Below are positions 7,503 to 16,731 of a stretch of 33,540 nt of DNA, in pieces (positions within the stretch are counted from its first letter, which is position 1; the number at the start of each line of letters is the position of its first letter). Location: the NCBI GenBank assembly GCA_002423555.1, contig DIWQ01000004.1, positions 1 through 33,540 of the forward strand, read 5' to 3'. A program made the position numbers and the translations under genes. The notes under the pieces were generated by a model. The model was not told where the DNA came from, ran no database searches, and was given only the letters and a program-made list of their open reading frames with translations. Source of the DNA: Patescibacteria group bacterium UBA6102. Lineage in GTDB: Bacteria > Patescibacteriota > Minisyncoccia > Minisyncoccales > UBA5738.

Positions 7503-8652
7503 TGCAAATATGGAATTTTTTGATTTGAAAAAGCAATATCAGGATCTAAAATCCGAGATTGACGCGGCGGTTTTGGATGTGCTTGAAGACGGAGTGTTTA
7601 TCGGCGGCCCGGCGGTGGAAAAATTTGAAAAAGAGGTTGCCGATTTTTTGGGGGTAAAGCATGCGGTCACTCTTAATTCCGGCACTGATGCGCTTTATTT
7701 GTCGCTAAGGGCGTTGGGGATTGGCGCGGGAGATGAGGTGATTACCACGGCATTCACTTTTTTTGCCACGGCCGAAGCGATCGCGGCCGCCGGCGCCAAA
7801 CCCGTATTCGTTGATATTGATGCGAAAACTTTTAACATTGACGCCGACCAAATTGAAGCGGCGATTACGGAAAAGACAAAAGCGATCATACCGGTGCATC
7901 TTTTCGGCCAAATGGCAGATATGGCGCCAATTAAGAAGATTGCGCAAAAACATAATCTGAAAATTATTGAAGATTGCGCGCAAGCAATCGGCGCCACTCA
8001 AATTATTAATGGCAAGGAAGTTAAGGCCGGAAATATTGGCGATTGCGGCTGTTTTTCTTTTTTCCCCACCAAAAACTTGGGTGCTTACGGTGACGGGGGA
8101 ATGGCGACGACCAATAACGACGAAATTGCGGCGAAAATCAGAATGTTAAAAGTTCACGGATCATCTCCCGAAAATAAATATAAAAATTTGGAAATCGGCG
8201 TCAATTCTCGTTTGGACGCGATTCAGGCCGCTATTTTGAGTGTCAAGATCAAATATCTTGATCAATGGAATGACCAGCGCGCGGCAATCGCCAATCGCTA
8301 TGGCGAGGCATTTGAAGGCGTTGGCGACATTGTTGCGCCGTTTGCCGCGCTGAACAATCGCCACATCTATCATCAATACACAATAAGAACCGCAAAACGC
8401 GATCAACTGGTGCAATTTTTGAAAAATGCGGAAATTCCCGCAATGATATACTTTCCTTTTCCGATGCACTTGGAGCCCGCATTGGGTTATTTGGGCTATA
8501 AGATGGGCGATTTTCCCGAAGCCGAACGCGCCGCCGCCGAAGTTTTGAGCCTGCCGATCTACCCGGAATTTACGAGAGCGTGTTGCGAATCAGTAGTTCG
8601 TGTAGTGGAAATTTTTTGCAGAAGTCATAAAATAAATCCGTTTAATAATTGA
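7492..8652 (+). CDS. wbpE: DegT/DnrJ/EryC1-family PLP aminotransferase, WbpE-like
   Basis: N-terminus EFFDLKKQYQDLKSEID...FIGGPAVEKFEKEVADFLG, then NSGTDALYLSLRALGIGAGDEVITTAFTFFAT and SFFPTKNLGAYGDGG (PLP Lys). Alternative start ATG 7510. Confidence 0.7.
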   Translation: MNRNANMEFFDLKKQYQDLKSEIDAAVLDVLEDGVFIGGPAVEKFEKEVADFLGVKHAVTLNSGTDALYLSLRALGIGAGDEVITTAFTFFATAEAIAAAGAKPVFVDIDAKTFNIDADQIEAAITEKTKAIIPVHLFGQMADMAPIKKIAQKHNLKIIEDCAQAIGATQIINGKEVKAGNIGDCGCFSFFPTKNLGAYGDGGMATTNNDEIAAKIRMLKVHGSSPENKYKNLEIGVNSRLDAIQAAILSVKIKYLDQWNDQRAAIANRYGEAFEGVGDIVAPFAALNNRHIYHQYTIRTAKRDQLVQFLKNAEIPAMIYFPFPMHLEPALGYLGYKMGDFPEAERAAAEVLSLPIYPEFTRACCESVVRVVEIFCRSHKINPFNN

Positions 8653-8795
8653 CAGTATCAATTTCTTTGCTATATTTTAGAATGATGATCAAGGGGGGAT
8701 TAATAAGGGAAGCGAGTGCTTTTATAAACCGAGGGCGTTGGATAACTGGCAAAATTGTCAAATTTGGAAAATTTACGTACGGAGGATTTTTAAAT

Positions 8796-8804
8796 TGATA
8801 TAAT
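8796..8804 (+). promoter_or_regulatory. Extended -10 promoter element (TGaTATAAT) ahead of the synthase-phosphatase gene
   Basis: TG at 8796-8797 and TATAAT at 8799-8804, inside the only sizeable gap (8653-8831) of the left half of the locus. No good -35. Its position argues against the TTG 8805 start and for ATG 8832. Confidence 0.35.
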
Positions 8805-8831
8805 TTGACGGCTACCCAACACCCTAAAACT

Positions 8832-10394
8832 ATGGCAATCTTAAAGATGGGAGAAAGAGTAATCTCTAACGAAGGGCCAGCTTTTGTTATCGCTGAAATA
8901 GGGCATAACCATCAAGGCAATCTTGGCGTAGCCTTGAATATGATTAAGACTGCGGCGGCCTGCGGAGTTAGCGCAGTCAAGTTTCAAAAACGAGACAATA
9001 AGCATCTTTATACTAAGGCGATGTATAATCGTTCCTATGATAACGAAAATAGTTTTGGTACTACCTATGGCGAGCATCGGGAATTCCTGGAATTTGATTT
9101 TGATGAATACAAACAACTTAAAAAATGCGCTGAAGATAATGGCGTAGAGTTTCTTTGTACAGCTTTTGATATTCCAAGCGTTGATTTTTTGGAAAAGCTC
9201 GGCGTCAACGGTTACAAGGTTGCATCCGGGGATTTAATGAACACTCCTATGCTTGAGCATATCGCTAAGCTTGGCAAACCGATGTTCGTTTCAACGGGTG
9301 CGGGGACGATGGATGAGGCGAAGATGGCATATACGGCAATTAAAAAATACAATGATCAATTGTGTTTTTTGCATGCCATTTCTTCATATCCGGCAGAATA
9401 CGAAGATCTTAACTTAAATGTTATTCCTACCTTGCAGAATGAATTCCCAGATATAATTGTCGGTTATTCCGGCCACGATAACGGTATTTTAGCGGCATCA
9501 ATAGCTTATATGCTGGGGGCTCGGGTGATTGAGAAGCATTTCACGATAAATCGAGCTTGGAAGGGAACGGATCATAAATTTTCGCTGGAACCGGATGGTA
9601 TGCGAAAACAAGTGAGAGATCTCAACCGTATAAAATCTGCTCTTGGCGAAAACGAAAGGAAGGTGTTTCCGATAGAAAAGGATTATCGTGCAAAACAAGG
9701 GAAAAGCATTTTTTCGGCGAAAAATTTGGTCGTGGGCACGATTTTGACAGAAAGCGACATCGTGATTAAATCGCCGGGCGGCGGCATGGAACCTTATAGA
9801 TTAAATGAGGTTATTGGAAAAAAACTAAACCTTTCAATTAATGAAGAAGAAATGATTAAACCGGAACAGCTTGCGGGTGGTAGTCCGGACAACCGCGAAA
9901 TAGCGCTGAGTATGAATGACATAGTCAGGAGATTAAAATTGATTGTCTTTGATTTTGACGGGATTTTTACGGATAACCGCGTAATTGCTATGCAAAATGG
10001 CACCGAGGGCGTTGCTTGTTGGAGAAGTGATGGATTGGGACTTGATGCCTTAAAAGAAACGGGAACAAGCGTTCTTGTTTTGTCCGCAGAGGAAAATCCT
10101 GTTGTTTCGGCGCGTTGCCAGAAGCTGGGTATTGAATGTATCCAGGGGTATCGGGACAAAGCCATTATCCTTAAAAAAGAACTTGGAAAAAGAGGGCTGG
10201 CGCTCGGTGAAATTGCTTATGTCGGGAATGATATTAACGATATTGAATGTTTAAAGATCGCCGGTTTACCGATGACTGTGGCTGATGCTTATTCTGAATT
10301 AAAGCCGTACGTAAAATATACCACAAAGAAGCCGGGAGGATACGGCGCGGTCAGGGAAATTTGCGACATGATTGCTAACATTAAAAATTTATAA
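8832..10394 (+). CDS. Fusion protein: NeuB-type sialic/ulosonic acid (9-phosphate) synthase with SAF domain + KdsC-type HAD phosphatase
   Basis: N-terminal part: FVIAEIGHNHQGNL...AVKFQKR, YSGHDNG, EKHFT, then a SAF-like NLVVGTILTESDIVIKSPGGG. The HAD domain starts at about nt 9933: LIVFDFDGIFTDNRV (DxD motif), SDGLGLDAL, YVGNDINDIECLK. The track start is TTG 8805; ATG 8832 or 8847 is more likely. Confidence 0.8.
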   Translation: MAILKMGERVISNEGPAFVIAEIGHNHQGNLGVALNMIKTAAACGVSAVKFQKRDNKHLYTKAMYNRSYDNENSFGTTYGEHREFLEFDFDEYKQLKKCAEDNGVEFLCTAFDIPSVDFLEKLGVNGYKVASGDLMNTPMLEHIAKLGKPMFVSTGAGTMDEAKMAYTAIKKYNDQLCFLHAISSYPAEYEDLNLNVIPTLQNEFPDIIVGYSGHDNGILAASIAYMLGARVIEKHFTINRAWKGTDHKFSLEPDGMRKQVRDLNRIKSALGENERKVFPIEKDYRAKQGKSIFSAKNLVVGTILTESDIVIKSPGGGMEPYRLNEVIGKKLNLSINEEEMIKPEQLAGGSPDNREIALSMNDIVRRLKLIVFDFDGIFTDNRVIAMQNGTEGVACWRSDGLGLDALKETGTSVLVLSAEENPVVSARCQKLGIECIQGYRDKAIILKKELGKRGLALGEIAYVGNDINDIECLKIAGLPMTVADAYSELKPYVKYTTKKPGGYGAVREICDMIANIKNL

Positions 10395-10412
10395 AAAATC
10401 AAATTATTAATT

Positions 10413-11246
10413 ATGGGAAACAATTATCTTAATTCTTTATATAACTTAAAAGACAAGGTAATTGTTGTAACCGGAGCGGCGGGACAGCTTGGGGGGCAAT
10501 ATGTTCGCGCTATGCTTGAGGTCGGTTGCCGGGTGGTTGCCATTGATTATGATCTAAGCAATCCCAAAGGTAATTTATCGGCTTTGCGATCTGATAATTT
10601 GATGGTTCTTGAGGTTGATATTACAAAAAAAACTTCGATTCAAGGAGCACTGAAAAAAATTTGCGATCAGTTCGGCAAGGTTGACGGATTAATCAACAAT
10701 GCCGCAATTGATGCACCGCCCGGCGGATCGGACGAAAATGTCGGCCCTTTTGAGACTTATCCGGAAACTGCCTGGGACAAAATGATGGAAGTAAATTTGA
10801 AGGGCATGTTTTTGTGTTGTCAGGTTTTTGGTTCCGATATGGTTGCAAAAGGGAGGGGCAGTATTGTTAATATCGCGTCAATTTATGGTATGTTATCTCC
10901 CGACCAGCGCATATATGAATACAAGTATAAAAATGCTGGAGCAAAAGCCAAGCCTTTTTTTAAGCCGGTGGCTTATTCCGTTACCAAATCCGGCGTCTAC
11001 AATTTAACCAGATGGTTGGCGACGTATTGGGCGCCAAGCAATATTCGGGTTAATACTTTGACCTTAGCGGGAGTTTTTAACAATCAGGACGAACCGTTTC
11101 TCGGGAAATATATTCAAAAGGTTCCGCTAGGAAGGATGGCCAAACAGGAGGAGTATTGTGGGGCGATATTGTTCCTGCTTTCAGATGCTTCATCATATAT
11201 GACTGGTTCAAATATGGTTGTTGACGGCGGTTTTTGTTGCTGGTAA
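10413..11246 (+). CDS. Short-chain dehydrogenase/reductase (SDR)
   Basis: VIVVTGAAGQLGG cofactor motif, NNAA, and catalytic YSVTKSG (YxxxK). Confidence 0.8.
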   Translation: MGNNYLNSLYNLKDKVIVVTGAAGQLGGQYVRAMLEVGCRVVAIDYDLSNPKGNLSALRSDNLMVLEVDITKKTSIQGALKKICDQFGKVDGLINNAAIDAPPGGSDENVGPFETYPETAWDKMMEVNLKGMFLCCQVFGSDMVAKGRGSIVNIASIYGMLSPDQRIYEYKYKNAGAKAKPFFKPVAYSVTKSGVYNLTRWLATYWAPSNIRVNTLTLAGVFNNQDEPFLGKYIQKVPLGRMAKQEEYCGAILFLLSDASSYMTGSNMVVDGGFCCW

Positions 11247-11274
11247 AGATTTTGTTAATTTTATTAGCTAAAAA

Positions 11275-12759
11275 ATGAGTCAATTTTTTAAAAATTTTAT
11301 TGGAGGAAAATGGGTTGATCCGGTGTCCGGAGATTTTTTTGAAAACAAAAATCCGTCTGATATCGGCGAGGTAATGGGACTGTTTCCAAGGTCGGGAAAA
11401 GCGGATATTGATGCGGCGGTTTTGGCCGCTTCCGCCGTTTTTGATAATTGGCGAAGTATGCCTCCCCACGAGAGGGCGAAAATTATTTTTGAGGCGGGAA
11501 AGATTATGTCCGGTCGAAAAAAAGAGTTGGCGGAAATTATCTCTAAAGAAAATGGAAAGACGGTCAAATCCGCGATGGGCGATGTTCAATCCGCAATTGA
11601 TATGTCTTTTTTTATCGGTGGGGAGGGATATCGATGGTATGGAAAAACCGCTCATTCGGCGCTTCCCCAGCGGTTTGCGATGACCAAGCGTTATCCGATC
11701 GGAATAGTCGGGCTCATTCCGTCTTGGAATTTCCCGATGGGACTGGCGGGATGGAGGGTTTTTCCGGCGCTTTTTTGCGGTAATGCCGTGATCATGAAAT
11801 CGGAAGAAAATACACCGGAAAGTGCTCACTGCATAACTGAAATTCTTGATGAAGCGGGTTTGCCGAAAGGTGTTCTTAATCTTATTCATGGCTTGGGAAG
11901 CGAAGCGGGGGATGCGTTAGTCAACCATCCCGGAGTATCAATGATTTCATTTACGGGTTCGAGTAAGATCGGGAGCCTTGTCGGAGTTAATTGCCTGAAA
12001 AAATTGGCTAAGACCTCCTTGGAGCTTGGCGGTAAAAATGCAGTGATAGTTATGGATGATGCCGACATCAATCTGGCCGTCAACGGGGTTGTCGCCGGGG
12101 CCTTTTCCCTATCTGGCCAGCGTTGCACTGCCACAAGCCGTCTGATTTTACAGGATGGCATTTACGATTTTTTTATGGAAAGGCTCCTTAACGCCACTGG
12201 TAAGTTAAAGATTGGCCCTGGTAGCGACGATGCTTCCGATGTGACACCCTTGATTAGCAAGGTTCAATGCGAACGTATATTGAACTGGATAGAACGGGCA
12301 AGGGAAGATGGTGCTAAAGTGATCCGAGGCGGGGAAAGATTGGAAGGTGGTGTTTACGATAAGGGGTATTATATCAATCCGACTATTATTATTGATGCGT
12401 TGCCTGATTCCTCAATAGCCAGAGAAGAAATTTTTGGGCCGGTACTCGTGGTTTTTCGCGTCCAATCGTTTGACGAAGCGGTTAAAATTGCGAATAACGC
12501 GCGTTACGGTTTATCAGCTTCGCTGTTTACCAAGGACTTGAATAGAGCTTTCACTTTCTTTGATGATATCCAAACTGGGGTTTGCTATATTAACGCACCA
12601 ACCTATGGCGGAGAACCACATATGCCGTTTGGGGGCGTAAAAGATTCCGGACTTGGCTACCGGGAGGTTGGCTGGGCCGGAGTCGAAGCTTATTCGGAAG
12701 TTAAAACAATATACGTTGATTACAGCGCGAAAATTCAGACAATTCAAGAAAAAAAATAA
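11275..12759 (+). CDS. NAD(P)-dependent aldehyde dehydrogenase family protein
   Basis: N-terminus FIGGKWVD, LELGGKNA (catalytic Glu), GQRCTATSR (catalytic Cys) and EEIFGPV. Confidence 0.85.
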   Translation: MSQFFKNFIGGKWVDPVSGDFFENKNPSDIGEVMGLFPRSGKADIDAAVLAASAVFDNWRSMPPHERAKIIFEAGKIMSGRKKELAEIISKENGKTVKSAMGDVQSAIDMSFFIGGEGYRWYGKTAHSALPQRFAMTKRYPIGIVGLIPSWNFPMGLAGWRVFPALFCGNAVIMKSEENTPESAHCITEILDEAGLPKGVLNLIHGLGSEAGDALVNHPGVSMISFTGSSKIGSLVGVNCLKKLAKTSLELGGKNAVIVMDDADINLAVNGVVAGAFSLSGQRCTATSRLILQDGIYDFFMERLLNATGKLKIGPGSDDASDVTPLISKVQCERILNWIERAREDGAKVIRGGERLEGGVYDKGYYINPTIIIDALPDSSIAREEIFGPVLVVFRVQSFDEAVKIANNARYGLSASLFTKDLNRAFTFFDDIQTGVCYINAPTYGGEPHMPFGGVKDSGLGYREVGWAGVEAYSEVKTIYVDYSAKIQTIQEKK

Positions 12760-12772
12760 TTTTTTGAGCTCA

Positions 12773-14695
12773 ATGGTAAATATATCTTTTGTTGATAAAA
12801 AAGAAATTGATCGGATAATTAATGCTGTTACAGATAAAAATTCCAGACTTGATATTTTGGCTGATATCTGCCGCCTTAATGCGCTTTCCGCGGTCAAGAA
12901 AGCTGGTTCCGGCCATCTTGGGTCCAGCTTCTCGGCAATGGAAATTATGGTTGCGATGTATTTTTCAGAATTGAATTTGACTCAAGCAGGATTAAAAAAT
13001 AAAGACAGGGATATTTATTTTTCTTCAAAGGGTCATGATTGTCCAGGGCATTATTCCGTGCTTATGGCTGCTGGGATTTTGCCATTTGAAAAATTGATTA
13101 ACTTGAGGCGCTTGGGAGGATTGGACGGTCATCCGGATGTCGCGATTCCTGGAATGGAGGCAAACACCGGCTCTTTGGGGATGGGCATTTCCAAAGCCAA
13201 GGGAATGGCGATTGCAAAGAAAATGAAAGGTAGCGGCGGTCGGATATTTGTGATGTTGGGCGATGGCGAACTCCAGGAGGGTCAGATATGGGAATCATTG
13301 CAAACCACCGTTGCCCAGAAAGTAAGCAATATTACCGCAATTGTTGATTTTAACAAAATTCAGACCGATCGTCCGATTGTCGCGAATGTTGACTTGGGCG
13401 ATTTGGAAAGTAAGTTCCGAATTTTTGGTTGGCACGCTGAACGTTGTAACGGTCACGATTTTGCCCAGCTTCAGGAAGCATTTGAAAAATTAAAACAAAT
13501 TGTCAATAAGCCTAAAGTTTTGATTGCCGATACTGTCAAAGGTGAAGGCGTGTCGTTTATGGAAGGTGGCGAAATTGTGAAAACCGGATGCGGAACATAC
13601 AAATGGCATTCCGGCGCTCCGCAAGATGATGACTATACCAGGGCTTTTTCTGAAATTCTGGATAGAATCAATAAAAAACTTTCCGGGTTTGGCTCGGCTC
13701 AGTTAGAATTGAAAGATGTGGAAAAACGCGAATCCAGAGTCCACTTGAAAGATATTGCCGAGAAGGTCGTTAATACATACGCGGATACCCTGGTTAGGTT
13801 GGGCGCGGAGAGAAAAGATATTGTGGTTCTGGACGCCGATCTTGCATGTGATTGCGGGCTACGCCCGTTTGAGCAGGCATATCCGGATCGCTTTATTGAA
13901 CATGGTATTGCCGAACAGGATATGGTTTCGACTGCCGGCGGCCTCGCCAAGCAGGGTTTTCTTCCCATTGTGAATTCCTTCGGTGTCTTTCTCTCATCGC
14001 GTTCCAACGAACAAATTTACAATAATGCCACCGAACTGACAAAAATAATTTATGTTTGCCATTATTCGGGCATGATACCGGCTGGACCCGGTAAATCGCA
14101 TCAGAGCGTGCGCGATATCTCGCTTTTTGGTGCGTTGCCGAATATGGTTATCGTTGAGCCGGTTAACGCGGTTGAGACAAAAGCCACTCTTGAATGGTGC
14201 GTGAAATTCGCAAAAGAAAATTGCATGATCCGGCTTATAATTTCCCCGTCGCCGCAAACGATCAGTTTGCCGCAAAATTATGAGTTCATATTTGGCAGGG
14301 GATCAGTTATCCGGGAAGGCAACGATGCGGTTATATTTGCCTACGGTCCGGTAATGGCTAACGAGGCGCTTAAAGCTGGCGATGAACTGGCTAAGCGAGA
14401 GTTTTCTTTGAAAATAATCAATATGCCATGGCTTAATCGGGTTGACATAGGTTGGTTTGAAAGCGTTATCGGGGATTGTGCGGCAATCTATGTGCTTGAT
14501 GATCACTTTATTTACGGCGGCCTGGGAGATTCGCTTTTAAATGCAATAAATTGTTCCAAGGCACTGAAGCAAAAGAAATTCAAGAAATTCGGCATAGAAA
14601 ATGAATATCCAGCGTGCGGCACTCCCAAAGAAGTTCTTTCTTACCACAAATTGGACGGTGAAAGCCTGGCCGCCCGGATTCTTAAAGATAAATAG
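12773..14695 (+). CDS. Transketolase-family ThDP enzyme (short-type N- and C-terminal halves fused in one 640-aa chain)
   Basis: Start set to ATG 12773; track start 12653 overlaps the ALDH gene. Motifs SGHLGSSFSAMEIMVAMY, ThDP motif GDGELQEGQIWES, and pyrimidine-binding EHGIAEQDMVSTAGGLA. Confidence 0.75.
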   Translation: MVNISFVDKKEIDRIINAVTDKNSRLDILADICRLNALSAVKKAGSGHLGSSFSAMEIMVAMYFSELNLTQAGLKNKDRDIYFSSKGHDCPGHYSVLMAAGILPFEKLINLRRLGGLDGHPDVAIPGMEANTGSLGMGISKAKGMAIAKKMKGSGGRIFVMLGDGELQEGQIWESLQTTVAQKVSNITAIVDFNKIQTDRPIVANVDLGDLESKFRIFGWHAERCNGHDFAQLQEAFEKLKQIVNKPKVLIADTVKGEGVSFMEGGEIVKTGCGTYKWHSGAPQDDDYTRAFSEILDRINKKLSGFGSAQLELKDVEKRESRVHLKDIAEKVVNTYADTLVRLGAERKDIVVLDADLACDCGLRPFEQAYPDRFIEHGIAEQDMVSTAGGLAKQGFLPIVNSFGVFLSSRSNEQIYNNATELTKIIYVCHYSGMIPAGPGKSHQSVRDISLFGALPNMVIVEPVNAVETKATLEWCVKFAKENCMIRLIISPSPQTISLPQNYEFIFGRGSVIREGNDAVIFAYGPVMANEALKAGDELAKREFSLKIINMPWLNRVDIGWFESVIGDCAAIYVLDDHFIYGGLGDSLLNAINCSKALKQKKFKKFGIENEYPACGTPKEVLSYHKLDGESLAARILKDK

Positions 14696-14708
14696 CGGTA
14701 TTGACATA

Positions 14709-16028
14709 ATGACGAAATTTTTGCGTTCAAGTAAATTCGTTGAATATTCCGCCGGCACGATTGTGACCCAATATGCGATTCTTTTTGTTTCTTTAGTGTC
14801 GTCAATTATTACGGCCCGGTTGCTTGGGCCTGCTGGCTTGGGTCAACTTACGCTTCTTCTTTTGATACCTTGGTTTGCCACGGTGTTCGGCAGAATGGGG
14901 GTGGGGCATTCGGTCAATTATCATTTTGGAAAACTTTCTCCTGCCAAAATTATTGTCAATAGCTTGATTCTATCAGGGGTGCTTGGTATTTTATGTATGG
15001 CGGCCACATTTCTCGTTGCTTACTTTTTTAAGGGCACATTGCTGAAAGATGTTAATTGGAATTTGATAATTTTTTCCATCTTTTTCATCCCGTTTTATAT
15101 ATTAAGCGACCATTTGGCCGGCCTTTTGCAGGGGCTCTACAAATTGCATCTTCGTAATATCATTTATTTTTTTCAGGCGGTTATAAATTTAGTTATGATG
15201 GCCTTTTTTGTAATATTGATGAAATGGGGGGTAAGCGGTGCGGTCGGTGCGTCGATGTTTTCGCTGGTATTTCTGGCATTTGCACTGGCAGTGCCCGTTA
15301 TGAAAGAAATTAAGGGGAAAGAATTAAAAATTGATCTTAATATTATGAAACAGATTTTTGGATACGGGTTGAAATCACATGTCGGAAATATTACCAAAGA
15401 CCTTAGTTATCGGATAAATATACCCATTATCAATTATTATTTAATGCCGATTTCTGTCGGTTATTATACTATTGCCGTCCAACTTGCTGAAGTTATCTGG
15501 AAAATTCCCGAATCCATCAGCTCGGTTTTGCTTCCGAAAATAGTACAGATGAAAAAAGAGCAAGCTTATTTGTTTACGCCTCTTATAATGCGCACCTTAT
15601 TTGTGCCTTTGCTTGCATGTTGCTTGGCGGTTTTAGTTTTTGGGCAAGCGCTGATAGTATTGATTTATGGCAAAGAATTTTTGCCATCGGCTTCCCTTAT
15701 TGTTTTTTTATTGCCGGGGATTTTATCTTTATCATTCTGGAAAATCATCATCAGCGATTTGATCGCCCAGGGCCATGCCGAAAAATACAGTGCGACATCA
15801 GTGCTTTCGCTGGCAACAATGGTTATCCTTAATCTGTTACTGATTCCCGTTATGGGCATACAGGGAGCGGCAATCGCCCTAAGTCTTTCATATATTGCTA
15901 CCACCGGCCTTGCTTTAATTTTTTATGCGAGATTGACTAAAAACTCTTTTAAAAATTTGCTATTGCCAACGGCGGCTGATGTTGATATTTATAAAAAATT
16001 GCTTGGTGTTGGCTCTCCTAGGACATAA
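14709..16028 (+). CDS. wzx: Wzx-type polysaccharide flippase (MOP superfamily)
   Basis: Start set to ATG 14709, just after the upstream stop. The 439-aa product has many TM segments and the typical N-terminus ...SAGTIVTQYAILFVSLVSSIITARLLGPAGLGQ. Confidence 0.7.
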   Translation: MTKFLRSSKFVEYSAGTIVTQYAILFVSLVSSIITARLLGPAGLGQLTLLLLIPWFATVFGRMGVGHSVNYHFGKLSPAKIIVNSLILSGVLGILCMAATFLVAYFFKGTLLKDVNWNLIIFSIFFIPFYILSDHLAGLLQGLYKLHLRNIIYFFQAVINLVMMAFFVILMKWGVSGAVGASMFSLVFLAFALAVPVMKEIKGKELKIDLNIMKQIFGYGLKSHVGNITKDLSYRINIPIINYYLMPISVGYYTIAVQLAEVIWKIPESISSVLLPKIVQMKKEQAYLFTPLIMRTLFVPLLACCLAVLVFGQALIVLIYGKEFLPSASLIVFLLPGILSLSFWKIIISDLIAQGHAEKYSATSVLSLATMVILNLLLIPVMGIQGAAIALSLSYIATTGLALIFYARLTKNSFKNLLLPTAADVDIYKKLLGVGSPRT

Positions 16029-16078
16029 CCCAAGCAAATGATAATATGATAAAATACGAGAAAATAATATAATTGCTT

Positions 16079-16723
16079 ATGGATAAATGGGTGGAATATT
16101 TTGAAAATACAAACAGAAATCTCTTTGACCAGTGCTTGCGCAACCGGCGTTTGATTGAATTGGTGATTCAAAATACGCCGGCTGGCGGTCGTATACTTGA
16201 GGTAGGATGTGGCACAGCATTGCTGTCTTTAATACTGGCTGATCATGGTTTTGAGGTTACCGCTCTTGATATAAGTAAGGAAGTTGTGAATTACGCTCAA
16301 AAAAGAGCTTGTTTGGGTAAGATTAAATTGAAGTTTATCCAAGGAGACAGCTTTAATCTCAATTCATTGTTTGAGAATCGTTTTTTTGATACAGTTTGCC
16401 ATAGTGGCGTCATGGAGCATTTTAGCGATGCTGATATTATTAGGGGCCTATTAGAACAAAGACGGGTATCGAAAAGGGTTATTTTCAATGTTCCAAACAG
16501 TCGGGTTAAATCAGCCCCCAATCTTTTTGGAGATGAAAGGTTTTTAAACCAAGAAAAATGGATGGAATTGATCAAGAAAGCAGGATTTAACAAGGTTAAA
16601 GTATTTGGGGGATATGACCTGCCACGATATGTTTATTTTATCTTGCCTGGCGTTTTCTTTAATCAGAGGTTTTCTTTTTGGTGGAAATATTTTAGTAAAC
16701 ATTCAATTTTTGTATGCGAATAA
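16079..16723 (+). CDS. Class I SAM-dependent methyltransferase
   Basis: Motif I RILEVGCGTALLSL plus the acidic loop VTALDIS. ATG 16079 is preferred over TTG 16073. Confidence 0.75.
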   Translation: MDKWVEYFENTNRNLFDQCLRNRRLIELVIQNTPAGGRILEVGCGTALLSLILADHGFEVTALDISKEVVNYAQKRACLGKIKLKFIQGDSFNLNSLFENRFFDTVCHSGVMEHFSDADIIRGLLEQRRVSKRVIFNVPNSRVKSAPNLFGDERFLNQEKWMELIKKAGFNKVKVFGGYDLPRYVYFILPGVFFNQRFSFWWKYFSKHSIFVCE

Positions 16724-16731
16724 AAGTCAAT

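Noticed and set aside
11077-11889. 270-aa minus-strand ORF spanning the SDR/ALDH junction
   Set aside because: It overlaps two well-supported + strand genes. The product is Arg/Pro/Ser/Lys-rich with no recognisable domain and no plausible start context.
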